NCBI GenBank assembly: GCA_964057225.1
Contig: OZ059896.1
Location: 6,944,001 to 7,008,000, forward strand
Reading direction: 5' to 3'
Source of the DNA: Auanema rhodensis
Lineage: Eukaryota; Animalia; Nematoda
DNA length: 64,000 bases
The notes under the pieces were generated by a model. It had not been told where the DNA came from, did no database searches, and saw nothing but the letters and a program-made list of their open reading frames with translations. Position 1 is the first letter of the stretch, and each line of letters opens with the position of its first letter. Of the stretch, positions 11,948-26,688 are shown one piece after another. A program made the position numbers and the translations under genes.

Positions 11948-13784
11948 TCATAGCAGCTCTGAGATTCTTTCAGCGAGATACTTTAAGGAAAGAGCATCTT
12001 GAATGGATCCTTTTATTTTTAAGGAGCCATCCATATAAGCGTTAATAGGAGAAACAGTTTTTTTAATTAATTGGAAGAAAACTACTTCAGATGTTTCGAA
12101 GACAACATCGGGATTACTGGCTTGCCCGAGAGCGCAACTGCCAGGAGGGTGTTTGAGGTCTATGTACATTGGTTGTAAGCCACTACAATTGACTTGGAAA
12201 ACTTTTCCAATCGAGCGTGTCAGGGGTTCATCAATAGCAAGATTAATAACAGAAATAAGCTTGTCAACATCTAGACCAGGACTGAGATCAATCAGTACTC
12301 CCTCTGATGTACCAGGTTCCGGATTTGAACTCGATTCTTCTTCTTGTGGTTCACGATCCTTACTGAATTCTGTTAGGGCCGGTTCAATTACCTGAAAAAA
12401 AAATAAGTCTGAGCTGTATAATAATTTTTAATGAGTGACCTGCCAAATTTGTTTGCCTGTTTCTGAGGATGCTACAGCACTTAAAGCGGCTAAGCCCATA
12501 TTTTCTCCCTCTTTAATAATTTTAATCTCTGATAACTCAACGTTAGTTATTTCAACACCAAATTGAGCTGTGAAAGCTTGTAATTCATTCTGAATGTTGT
12601 TATCTTATACTATTTTTACAATTATAATCAATACCTGAAAATCGCCAGAAATAATCTTTCGATCTTGTGCATTTGTTAATTCACATATTCTTTTTTTACT
12701 AATGTATCTGTAGAGCATTGTATTCGCAAGCGTTCTTGTAGAACTATTTCTGTCCTGAAAAACAAATATTTATTTTATATTTTACACGTATGAAGTATCA
12801 ATACGTGTATCATGTTGGTAGAAGGTGGAACAGTACTTAGAATGAAAAACAAACTGATGGTTTTCGAAAATAAAGTAGGAAAAGTTTACCTGGACACCAC
12901 AAACAGCCGAGATGGGATCACGAATTTTCAAAAAAATTGTAGCACCAAGTTCTACTAGTCCTCTATCAATTGTGATAATCTGAAAGAATATTGTAACAAA
13001 GTGTATTATCCTGAAAAAATTACTTGTTGTGGTGGCACATTGAATGCTGTTATTGAAGTATTAATACGATGTGTACTATCGATACATGGAAAAACCAAAG
13101 CTACTCCTGGTCCTTTAGTTTTTTGTGCTCGACCAAGCCTTAATATGACCAATCGTTCTGATGCCGATATAAACTATAATATTATTTATTAAGTAAATAT
13201 GCTATTTTAATTATTTTTTTTACTTTTAGAACAAACATCAATGAAAAAGGTAATGTAATTGCTGCTAATATTACACTCATTCCATAAATAAATAGTTCAA
13301 CAGCATTCATTGGAGGAATCTAAAATTTAAAATAAGTTTTATTGTGATAATGAGACAAAAATTCAAATAGCTTTATATCGAAGATAGTTTTGATATTTAT
13401 AACGTTATAGATAAAGATATATTTTTGAATAATATTTTTCACAAACAATAACTATATCGAAAAACATAATTATTATAAATTCATACCTCTTCTTCATCTC
13501 TATTGAACATATGAGAATAAGTAAAACGACTATACTTATTTCCTTGTCGTCCATATCTAAAATTATAAAATTATGATATAAAAATAAATTTAAAAAATAA
13601 CAAAGTTATACCTTTTGGGCACCTCATATCCCATACGATCTAAATCATTATAAGTGGCATAGGTGAAGGCGCTACCGAACGTTCCATCAGGAACTCCATA
13701 TTCAATTTCGTTATTATATTTTGCCATTCTGTCTTCTTCATCGTCATTCGGCAAAGCCGAATAATGAACAGATGATAGAGGCAT
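11948..13784 (-). CDS. unc-24: Stomatin-like protein with C-terminal SCP2 domain (UNC-24/STOML1)
   Basis: Band-7 domain (RLGRAQKTKGPG..AFNVPPQQIITIDRGLVELGA..DPISAVCGVQDRN) plus SCP2 tail (SPINAYMDGSLKIKGSIQDA); N-terminal EYGVPDG..YNDLDRMGY as in UNC-24. Confidence 0.92.
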
Positions 13785-15652
13785 CTGAGCAACTTCACCC
13801 CTCTTCGTGTGTTACTTAAAAATTTAAAATGGTTTCATAAAAAAGGAATAAGATGAAAGACAGACATACGAATGTTTAAACATCATCAAAGATCATATAC
13901 TTTTTAATTGTTTTCACTAATTTTGAAAAAAAAATTATAATACAAATAAAATTAAAAAAAGAATTGTTTTATTATAAAATAATCAAATTGTTCTATATTA
14001 TAAAATTTTTTATTAAAAACTAATTAAATGAATGAACAGAATTGTATTTGAATTTAAACAATTATAGTAACAAAAACAACAGGATTGATGTAGAATAAAG
14101 GAATAATGGCAGGATGACGATGAGTAGAAGCCGTACCAGATATGACCAGATGAAGCTATTGGTCCGTTCCAGTCAGCCTAGACGCCAATAGCAATGTCTG
14201 CTTTCTCTCTTCTTGACATCCTTACTCAACTGTCTCTGACGTCTGCTTGCTCTCCAACTAGCCTGCTCTACTCATATTTCAGCTGTTCTGCCGCAACGTC
14301 CAGAAGTGCTATTTCAATGGTTAGTGCTCTCCATTCATAGAATATTACTCTGCTCATGCTCTTTATCTCTGTATTATCTGAATCAAGAATTCTATTTTCC
14401 TTTAAGTAATGAGGCATCGATCATTTTATTAAGAGAAGAAGTCTCAATGGAGACGCAGAGAACACAAGAAAAGAAAGCCAGTAGAAGAACAACAGCCGGT
14501 GGCAATAAAATATGAGAGAGAACAGACAAAAGATGGAATAAGAAAGCGAAAAGGCAAGGCTATATTGTAAAGAAGAAAAGAGAGGAGCAATAGTGGTAAA
14601 GAAAAAACAAGAGAGAGATAGAGATAGAGAGAGAGAGCAATGAGAGAATAGGAGGAAGGAATAGAGATTAAAGACTTCCAAAGAGTTTGTCCTTATTCTT
14701 TGTAAAATATAAGAAATATTCTAGAATAAGCTTCTCGTGTCATTGTTGAATAGCTTTTCATAAATGCATGTAGAGACATTCATTGCAAAATCATCCTTAT
14801 AGATTTATGAACATGCAACGATATGTATGTATATCTGAATAGAAACTGTAATGACCTCTTACGATAGATGTGAGTAGGCTTCAGCATGAAGTACAAGTAT
14901 TCGATGTTCTAACATGATGATAAATATCAACAAAATATCTTATTTTAAGGGATCAAACACAAACTATTTCATTTAATTTACATTTATTAAGATTAACAAA
15001 TCATTTTTTCTTATTTTCATTATTGAATTATACGTTTATTTCTGGAAAATTGACTTCATAGACTAGCTAACACAATCATTTTAATGTCATATGAAGGTCA
15101 TTTGAACTATTCAGTTTCTGCTACTTCTTTTATTGATTATTTTAATAATAATAGAAATAAGTTTTAGTGCAACCTGTATTCTTAGTATCGTATCAAACAT
15201 CATTATATTTCTTAATTTCTCACTGAATATTGGGTTCTTTCGAGACTTTGCAAGATGAAATGTTTATAGAATTCAACAATATAGATTCGAAAATATTATT
15301 CATGTGTAGACAAATTATTATATTACATACTATTGTACTTCCTTCTTTTTTTAAAATAATTTTTGTAACTATATATATATATTATAACCAAATTTCAACT
15401 TATAAAAACTATTTGAGTTGTATTTGTCGATTTTTAATTTTTTTTAATATTAGTAGTAGAAATAAAAAATATACATGTTTAATATAATAAATAATATTTA
15501 TTTTATAATTATTTAGTAATATATATTTAATTATAATACATATATTAAAGTCAGACATATGATGGGGCTTAAGTATAAGGAATGTTACAAGTACAACTGT
15601 ACAGCTTAAACATTCTCGTTTAGAGCATTAATAGTGGAATGAATAATCAATC

Positions 15653-16451
15653 TTAGTGGTGACGATGTCTAAGTCCACGTCCACCACGCATACCGTGATG
15701 TCCGAAATGTCCGAAGCGTTCTTTGTGGAGTTCGAACAATTCATCACGTGCATCCTCAGAGAGAGCAGTGTAGATATCACGCTTTTGTTGGTCGAGTTTC
15801 TCGAGTTTATCATAGGCATCACGAGCTTCCTTGCTCAATTTCTCAACCTTAGCTTTGTAAGCTTCACGATCATCTTCCATTTTCTTGTGGAATTTGTTGA
15901 ATTCTTCAAGAAGATCTCCAGTGAGGATTTTGTCAGCAAGTTCTCTAAGCTTAGCTGGCTTTTCATCGTGCTTGATGCTTCTGTCCTTAAAATTGAATAT
16001 ATGATAGATGATCAATTAGTATACTGTATCAATACCTTGAAGATAGCACGGAACTGTTCTTGGATATCCTTGGAGGCATTCTTAAGGAATGGTGGAAGTG
16101 GTGGGCCTCTCTTGAAGATAGATTTACGTTGTTCCTTAGTGAGTCCTTCCATCTAATAGATCAAATAAGAATTTTCAAACAAATCACATTATTCTAACCA
16201 ATTCACGGGTCTGTCCTTGTTGATTGTAACATTTGTCTCCCTCTTTGTAATCGGCCCAAATTTCCTTCATTTTGGTTTGCATTTCTTCTGGGAGATCTTC
16301 AATAAATGGTGGAAGCCCGCATGGTGGAGGTCCCTAAGAATAAGCAACATTTTTAAAAATCACACACTATTAGGTTTACCTTTCTGAATCCTCCAAATGC
16401 CTGAGTTACCGATACCAGCAACGCAGCAGCCAAAATAAAACGAAGAGACAT
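15653..16451 (-). CDS. Secreted helical SXP/RAL-2 (DUF148)-like protein
   Basis: Four exons; signal peptide MSLRFILAAALLVSVTQA; CGLPPF and PPFLKNASKDIQEQFRAIFKD..EKPAKLRELA motifs; His/Gly/Arg-rich tail; TATA (CTATATAAG) at ~16515-16523. Confidence 0.75.
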
Positions 16452-17594
16452 TTAGATATAAGTTAGACGACGATTTGAATTGTCGTTGGATGCTTTCTGT
16501 TCTCCGGGACTGTTCTTATATAGGTGAGTCTATCGTCCAACCCCAACAACTGTCCATACAAATAGATGATAGACTAACTAGAGACTGTATTAACGACAGA
16601 GAACGACAGTGCGCGACAGAAGAAAGTTTGCACGAATGATGATGATCAGACAGTTAGTGATGAAGACCACGAGTATACTTGCCGAATATGGCAGATGATC
16701 ATTGCCGTCAATGAGCGAATTCGGCGTACGTTGATGAATCTTTGATGACAATAGTTCATCACAACTATTAGGATTTGGCGATTTCTTCCTCAGTGATTAG
16801 TCATGCTTGATAAAATCGTCATTCTTGTCCTGTTTCGTTGTATATGAGCTGAAAACTTAGTGAAAGCTGTAATAGAACTTAATTTCACAGCAAACACCAC
16901 TAATTTACAGCGAAACGAATACCCCCCCCCCCCCTCTCTCTCTTCCGTTTTTGTCCCCTTTTGACAGTAGTTTATAGGAACTTAAGATATATGATATGAT
17001 TTCTGAAAGTTATGAAAGATATATAACTTTTCCAACAATTTTTATATTTGTTGTCTTTCTATATCTAATCTGGTGGTCATGATCATTTTTATTTTCGTAT
17101 TTGTTCATGTTTCTCCTAACCCGCAAGCACACAAACTATTTCGCATTCAACAACGGATGCTTTTTTTGGATTTTTACGTCTCCTCCATTCCCAATATCTC
17201 TCATTTCTTCGTGATAATCCTGGGGAAACTTATGATGATCGTCTGCTCTTCCTACCGATCACTCCTAGTGTCAACATCAGAGATCTCGATCATGCATTGT
17301 TCTCTACCACAAAATCTTCTGAAGCGAACAAAACATAATGTGCAAGAGCCCTCAAAATAGAAAGTTCCAGTTTATCCTCCTCATAATCTTTGCTGGATGA
17401 ATCACCATATCTGTCAGTATAGTGTGACACATAGTAGTATCCTCTTAAAACTACAATTCAGAAAAAAACAGGTTGTATTTTTAATATCAAGCATAAAAAG
17501 TGCTGTACAAATGAATATTATACTATGATAAAACTTTTGCATATAAAACATTATGAATTCAACTTATGATATATCTAATGCATTTTTTCTATTA

Positions 17595-19724
<2,130 letters not shown>

Positions 19725-20515
19725 TTATGCTAGAATATAATTATAACTAAACATAATTTATAAATTATAAAAGAAATGGCAAACTCTCCAAAATGATCTA
19801 TAACTGATTTCGAGACCTGATTACGTGGTAACAAGAACAGTTCAAATATCTCTTGTTATGGTTTTGAATGGAGCACATTTCAAACTATAGTAAAATTAAA
19901 GTCAACCATCGGTTAATCGAAAACAGTTTATTATTTATTTGTAGTATGGAGTACAGTATTTTTTTCTTTATTTTAACAATTATTCGAATAATTATTCATA
20001 TTATTAAAGCGGGGCTAACTAAATTATTGTTTAGTTTTTGTATTAAATAAATAATAAAACAGATTAACATCACATCATATGCTTAAGACCTAGTTTTTTA
20101 TGAAATACAGAATCATATATAATATATTGCACTTTCAAGATTGCTTAGAGCATTATGGTCATGTCAGGCTTTCGAACAGATAATAGTTCCGCTTTTGAAT
20201 AAAGCTTGTTTAGTATGGAACAAGAAAACAATTCTCCATGGGTGTGGCAGTAATGCTTGTACAGTACGAAAACGTGTGAGATTCCTGTGTATATTTCTGA
20301 ATGGTCGGTTAAAAGAGAAATAACGGGCTTACGAAGTGCTTTGTTCTATCTTTGATATATGAACTAAGAAGCGCAACACATGCTTGTTTTTTTTTTATTT
20401 TGCAACTTTGCGATATCATAGAATTGAATCTTCATTTTTTTAAATAAATAAGAAAAACAACAAATATGTACAGACAATGATCAGAAAAGAAAGCTTTGAA
20501 ATAGATACATAGTTT

Positions 20516-21774
20516 TTAATGACTCTTCAAGATATCGGCTTGTTGCTGAATTGTTCCGAACAGCACTTGTTCGTGTGATTTCGCAGTATGCTGAAAAAAA
20601 AAAGATTTTCAATTCAGACGAATACTGCTTTTTAAAAGTTCATATAACGTTTCGTTTATCATGAGACTTTTCAAGTTTTTTGTTTTTAAAGAGAAGAGTT
20701 AACTTACGAGAATCTCTTTAGCTCCGGAGAACATGTGAACCTTTCCTCCACATGGTGAATAATATCCTATGATTTCGTCAGATGTGGAACCAATAGAGTA
20801 GACATGCTTTGCAAGCTTTCTAAAACAACTTAAGTTTATAACATATTTCAAATTAAAACTAACTGATTTTGATTAATATCCTTGATAAATTTAGAAGTAC
20901 AACTGAGACCATTAATATTGCTACATACTCCATTTGGAAGTGGAATAGCGCATAAGAGAGATCCTTTAATGCATAAATATGAGTTATAAAATTAATTTAA
21001 TTATTACCTTGGTTAGCTCCTCCTACAGATAAGAAAGTAATAATATTATTAGCAATTGACTTTCCAATATATTCATTTGTATCAACACATCTTCCTCCCA
21101 AAATAGCCTTAAATCGTTTTTATAAAGTGAGAAAGTAATAGCATTGTTACCTTTCTGGCAATTGGAGATCCCATTGATAATCCAACAACATCAATAGTAG
21201 AATGATAATATTTAATTGTAGCTTCAAGCATTTTACGAACCTAAAAATAATAAAAATAAAAAGTAAGTAGAATATATAATAAGTATAATATACCTGCTTA
21301 ACATATTCACATTTCATAGTTTCTTGAAGAACTCTAGCATCTAAGGATTCTCCTGGTCCATAAGATGTAGCTAGGATACGTTCACCAGAAAGTCCTAGAA
21401 AAATAAATTGTTCATTAACTGAATATTAAAAAAAGTTTTATCAAATATTACCACGAGAAGCATAGATTTTACGCTGATTCCATAAAGAACCAGCCATGGA
21501 ACGTAACCCATGAACAACAACTATTGGTCTATGACTGTAATATATCAATTAGAATAAAAATAAAATAAATAATAGAAAAGTGTACAAACCTTCCACGGTA
21601 GCTTGGACCACCACCAAAACTTCCTTGATTATGTTTGCCAAGGTCGGCTCTAGTTAGTTTATGAAGCGTTGCACTTCCAAAACGTTTTTGGATAAATCGT
21701 GCAAAATTTGGATGAAATTCTGCACTTACTATGCTAACAATAACTAACAGAATGGCAATGTTTCGGACAAACAT
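20516..21774 (-). CDS. Secreted class 2 lipase (LIPS family, Lipase_2)
   Basis: Signal peptide, GSFGGG, PIVVVHG, nucleophile elbow VVGLSMGSPIARKAILGGRCVDT, GGANQG, NGLSCTSKFIKDIN; multi-exon. Confidence 0.9.
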
Positions 21775-21793
21775 TATAGACAAAAATGGTTGC

Positions 21794-21920
21794 CAGATAA
21801 GGCTTATGGCTTTATATACCTGCGCTATAATGATATTCCTGCCGAAGGCGTGCGCACGGTAGAGGTGGATCGACGTCTGGCTCAAGGGCGACAGATAAAA
21901 GAAATTATCAGATACGCTGA
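21794..21920 (-). promoter_or_regulatory. TATA box plus GATA-site cluster upstream of the lipase
   Basis: GTATATAAAG at ~21810-21819; AGATAA at ~21795 and ~21893; TTATCA at ~21905. Confidence 0.4.
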
Positions 21921-22854
21921 GAATGATTTTCCAGATATAAGGTTCAGGCTGTGCAGAGAAATCATATCCAGCGAAATTCAAGTTACGTCTTTTGCACTGT
22001 TCATGCCAAGTCTATCTTCTTTTTTGCGACCAATTATAGTCATTCTCTAAAATTTCCAAAGAATCTACCTATCACTATATATATCCAATGTATCTTTTCC
22101 CAAAAATCTTGTTTACTGGAGGTCGTTAAATTCAGCTAATCACAATAAGGAATAAAATGAATGATCATTTGGTTTTGATAAATTAAAAAAAGAAGTAGAA
22201 GAAGAAAATGATCTGAATAGAATACAATGTGAGATTATAACATTTATTATCATAAATTATATATTAGAATTAAAGCATTACTTGTTTAGATTCGTGATCA
22301 AAAAGATTTATTCTTTGGTTTAGCTGTTTTCTTTGTTATATTCATATATTTATATTTATTTTCTTTATTCATTTCATAGATATGATATCATGAAAGAAAT
22401 GTTGTTTATTGCTTATCTATATTCTCATTAATCAATGGCATAATTCGTTTTAAGAATGAATAATTACATATAGTTAACGATAAAGTCTTTGAAACCTAAA
22501 CTAAATCTTTAACATCACTGTAATTAATGAAAGTCGACGAAACATCTAAAGCTGAACTGAAAATGAAAATTATCTTCCTTGTAGAAAGTACGTGGAAAAA
22601 CAATATCTTAATCTCATTTTAATCTCATAGATTCGTACATAAGTACTGTTTTTCTGACACAAAATGGTTTTGTAATATCATATTCATAATATAAACAAAC
22701 TTTGATAGGTTAAGTTTCTATGGTTAAGGGTTAATCAAAATTATAAATATCATCATATATCCTAATGATATCATCATTTAATGAAAATTTTCAAGATGTT
22801 TCTCTTTTATTTCTTTTCCCTTAGTCTATGAAACTACACACATGCGTATATAGA

Positions 22855-24652
22855 CTAATGTGTGATAGAAGATAATTGACCAGCTTAATCAATGAATGAA
22901 CTTTCTAATTGATTTTCAAGATTTAATACTTTCATAATAATTTTATTTTTAAAAAAAAATTATAAATTAGACTTTATATAATCTGAATATATTTGTATTT
23001 CTCATCAAATTATTTTTTTAATTTTTTAAAAATATTTTCTAATAAACTGGATTTCATTTTATTGAAATGTTGAATTCACACGTATGTGTCAATGGGTTGG
23101 TAGGCTTGACATTTTACGGATCTCCGGCCTTTTATTTCTAAAAATATGAACCCAGAAAGTTCAAAAACATATGAATTGTGAAGCAGAATGAATATATTTT
23201 CAAAATTTATTATTACATAATGTTATATCTTTATGAAATAATTTCAAAGGTAGATGAATGAATTGTTTCGATTTTCGATTTCATTATCGTCAAACTTTCA
23301 ATCTTTTTATTTTCTAAATTGCTTCCTTTTTCTTGCACAAACTACAACATACGATATGATATCTAACGATTTAAAGAATATCTGAACAATTTTTTTATAT
23401 TCTTATACACATTTCCAATCTTATAAGCAATTAAATAAAGAAAATGATATATGTTCGTATAAAAGAATAATCCAATAAATTTAAATGGATTATGATTCTT
23501 TCAACAAACAAATAAAACGAAGATGTTTATTTAAATTTCCAATGTAAAACTTTACTTTTTCTGAAATTTCTAATTAAAATGTATGATGAATGACAAAAAA
23601 ATGATTGTAAACGATATCATTGAAATACAAGGAAATCGAGTTAACTTGCTTTTTGCACTTTCAGCGCACTTAACTATTGCATTGAGAAGCTAGATGAAAT
23701 GAAAACTACCGGCTTTCGAATCAAGTTTTTTTTATTTTATTCTAAGAATCGGGAGACTTTTTTTTAAAACTTTTTTATAATCGTTAATATAAACATTATA
23801 TTTTTAAATAAAATGATATATGTATTATAGAATGTATAAGATATTCACCATTCATCTATTTTATCATATACATGTGTATACAACTCTTATATCCTTAACC
23901 ATATATATTATTTTCAGAATTATTTTATTTATTAAGAAAAGTTTGTTATTTAGTGATTTTTTTTGTGATTATATGTTTTCAAAACTTTTTTAGTTAATTA
24001 AAATAATATTTTTGACTCCTTATAAGCTTTAACTTCGCTTTTTTTTTGTTGAAATTTGCAAAGCTTCTAAACCAAACTGGAAGACACCTTTTGATTCCAA
24101 GCATTTCGGATAGGGGGTATACCTCTTGTACGGATTAACATAGTAGCATGCTTTAAGCTTTCCCTTCTAATTAGATTAAAGTTCTTCAAAAATTGTGAAT
24201 CATGTCCTTGATCGTAGAATACATAAAGCTCCTTTCTTGATGTGCTTCTCCTGGCATCATATAAACGTTTTTAGGGATAAGATGGATATCATATATCGCA
24301 ATTAATCTCTTGTTAACACAGTCAAGAAAAAGAACTTCCCTTTCCTGTCATTTGTAGAAAAATTTTATTTCATTTCATAAATATCTTAAAATATTATCAT
24401 TATATATATTATACATATGTACATACGTGTGAATTCAACATTTCAATAAGATGAAATCCAGTTTATTAGAAAATATTTTTAAAAAATTAAAAAAATAATT
24501 TGATGAGAAATACAAATATATTCAGATTATATAAAGTCTAATTTATAATTTTTTTTTTAAATAAAATTATTATGAAAGTATTAAATCTTGAAAATCAATT
24601 AGAAAGTTCATTCATTGATTAAGCTGGTCAATTATCTTCTATCACACATTAG
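22855..24652. mobile_element. Element bounded by ~233 bp near-perfect inverted repeats (putative non-autonomous foldback/DNA transposon)
   Basis: 22855-23087 is the reverse complement of 24421-24652, with one substitution and a homopolymer difference; ~1.33 kb interior with no long ORF. Confidence 0.7.
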
Positions 24653-25369
24653 ACATGTCCATGTGTCATATGTATGTATGTATATGTATGTAACATTGTC
24701 CAGGAACCAGATTACGAGAGATGAACGGAAGCAAAAAAAAAGAAATTTCACTGAGATAAAAAGAAATTTTGTGAAACAAGAAGATAATGCTTTCCCTATC
24801 AAACAGAGAAGGGGGGATTCCTAACGCTCCTGATGTTTCAAGATCATTTCTTTTATAATTTTTATGTTTATTAAGAAAAAAAAGGAAAATGTTACATTTT
24901 AATTGAAATTTTTAAGAAAAATAGAAGAATTACATGCTCATACTGTATTAAAGTTTTCGTTGGTTTTGTTATGAATTAGATTTATATTTGATATACAAAT
25001 ATTTAGGTGAAAATTATTAGTTGTGAAGATTAAAAGAAAAAAAAACTTAAAAAAGGATGAAATAGATACAAGATAAAGTGAGATATACATCTCAAATTTA
25101 AAGAAATAAATGAGTTAAACAGAGCTTCTAAATTTTTAATTACCCGCACGAAGACCAAAAACAAGTTTAATCAACTTTTCAAGAGCTAAATGCTGACTAA
25201 AAATACATCTCAATCTATCTAGTGAAATTTAATTCAAGTTTTTCATCAGGTTATTTTTCACTTTTCGATATAAAACTCATGTAATATGCTATACTATCAA
25301 ATACTTATAGTTTTGGCAATCATGTCATATCTTTCTATCTATCTATATGCATATATAGATAGTATTATA

Positions 25370-25651
25370 CAGTCCTGTGCAAAAAACGTCGGAAAAAAAT
25401 ATCTTAGAGGCCCCAGAAATACCTTCAAACTAGAAAAAAATTTTTTTTTAATTTTATAAGTTTCGTAAGGTCACATAGTATATATTCAGTCAAAATATAT
25501 GTTAATATAATGAAAACTGATTTTTTTAGATTTTTTCTGAATTCATTATCGTTTTTTAACACTCAAAATATGTTTTTTCTGATTTTTTGTAGTTTGTCTG
25601 AGAAGGTATAAGGGATTCTAAAAGTTGTCCGAGGTTTTTTGCACATGACTC
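25370..25651. mobile_element. Tc1/mariner-type MITE (~282 bp)
   Basis: TA|CAGTCCTGTGCAAAAAACGTCGGA ... TCCGAGGTTTTTTGCACATGACTC|TA: imperfect TIRs, TA target duplication, weaker inverted similarity extending ~70 bp. Confidence 0.8.
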
Positions 25652-26688
25652 TATATAGATATGTAGATAGTATTGTGTAATATTGTCTATTTTTAAAGAA
25701 TAATATTTAATCTTTCTATTTAGCAATTAAAACTTTAATTTAAAAAAGAATTATATCAAATACAGTATGTTAAGAGCTTAAGAATTATAAATATTTATAT
25801 AATTATAAATAAGTTTTATAACTATTGTTGAATCATATCGTATACTCAGTTACATTTCAGAATCAAGAATCTGTTTCAAGTCATTAATCATGAAACTACA
25901 TGTTACCGTAATAAAGGAAACTTAAATCAGTACAATAGGAAAATCAGGAAAAATGAAAAATGACCCATTGGTATATCAGAGTAGTAGCGGAAGTCTTAGA
26001 ATAAAAATTGAACTGAGAAGAGAAGAAAAGAGAAGAGAAAAGTTTCATAATAATGTGAAAAAAAAAGAAGAAAATGTAAGAAGTAGGTGAAGGATAAAGA
26101 TATTTATATTCATGTATTTTAGAAAATAAAATTATGTTTTTTTAAATATTTCTTAATAAACAAGAAATATTTAACAAAAATATATTTATTTAGAAATATG
26201 AAAAATTAATGTTTTTGGTCAAAATTTATAAATTAGTGTTATGGACTGGGTTGAACAGATACAGTTTTGAGCTCGATTTGATAAATTAACCAAAAATACA
26301 GTATATCAGATTGGACTGATGAAACATTCATAGTTTCAGCAGATTTTAGTAACTTTTTTAGATTTAAAATCCGGGTTTTCCTAGTCAAATGTGGCGATGG
26401 AACATATGCTGTAGTCATACTTCTGACCTCAACGTCGAAATAATTTTTTTCCATTGTATTGAAACTACGTGTTTCATATTCTCAAAACTTAGTAAATTAA
26501 GTAACAATTAGGAAAATGCATTTATTAAGTTGATAAAACATAAAAATAAATAAAAAATTAGTATAATATATCATAAATTGATTTTAACAATTTATAATAA
26601 ATAATTATTATTAGATATTGCCATTAACTTAAACAATGTTATTATTATTATATCTGTTAATACTATACAAACTTATATTTTATAAAAG

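Noticed and set aside
12755-12890. Possible cassette micro-exon in a longer unc-24 intron
   Set aside because: Candidate lengths are not multiples of 3, and direct splicing already restores the conserved CGVQDRN
26239-26454. 71-aa single-exon ORF
   Set aside because: No recognisable motif or splice context; compatible with chance
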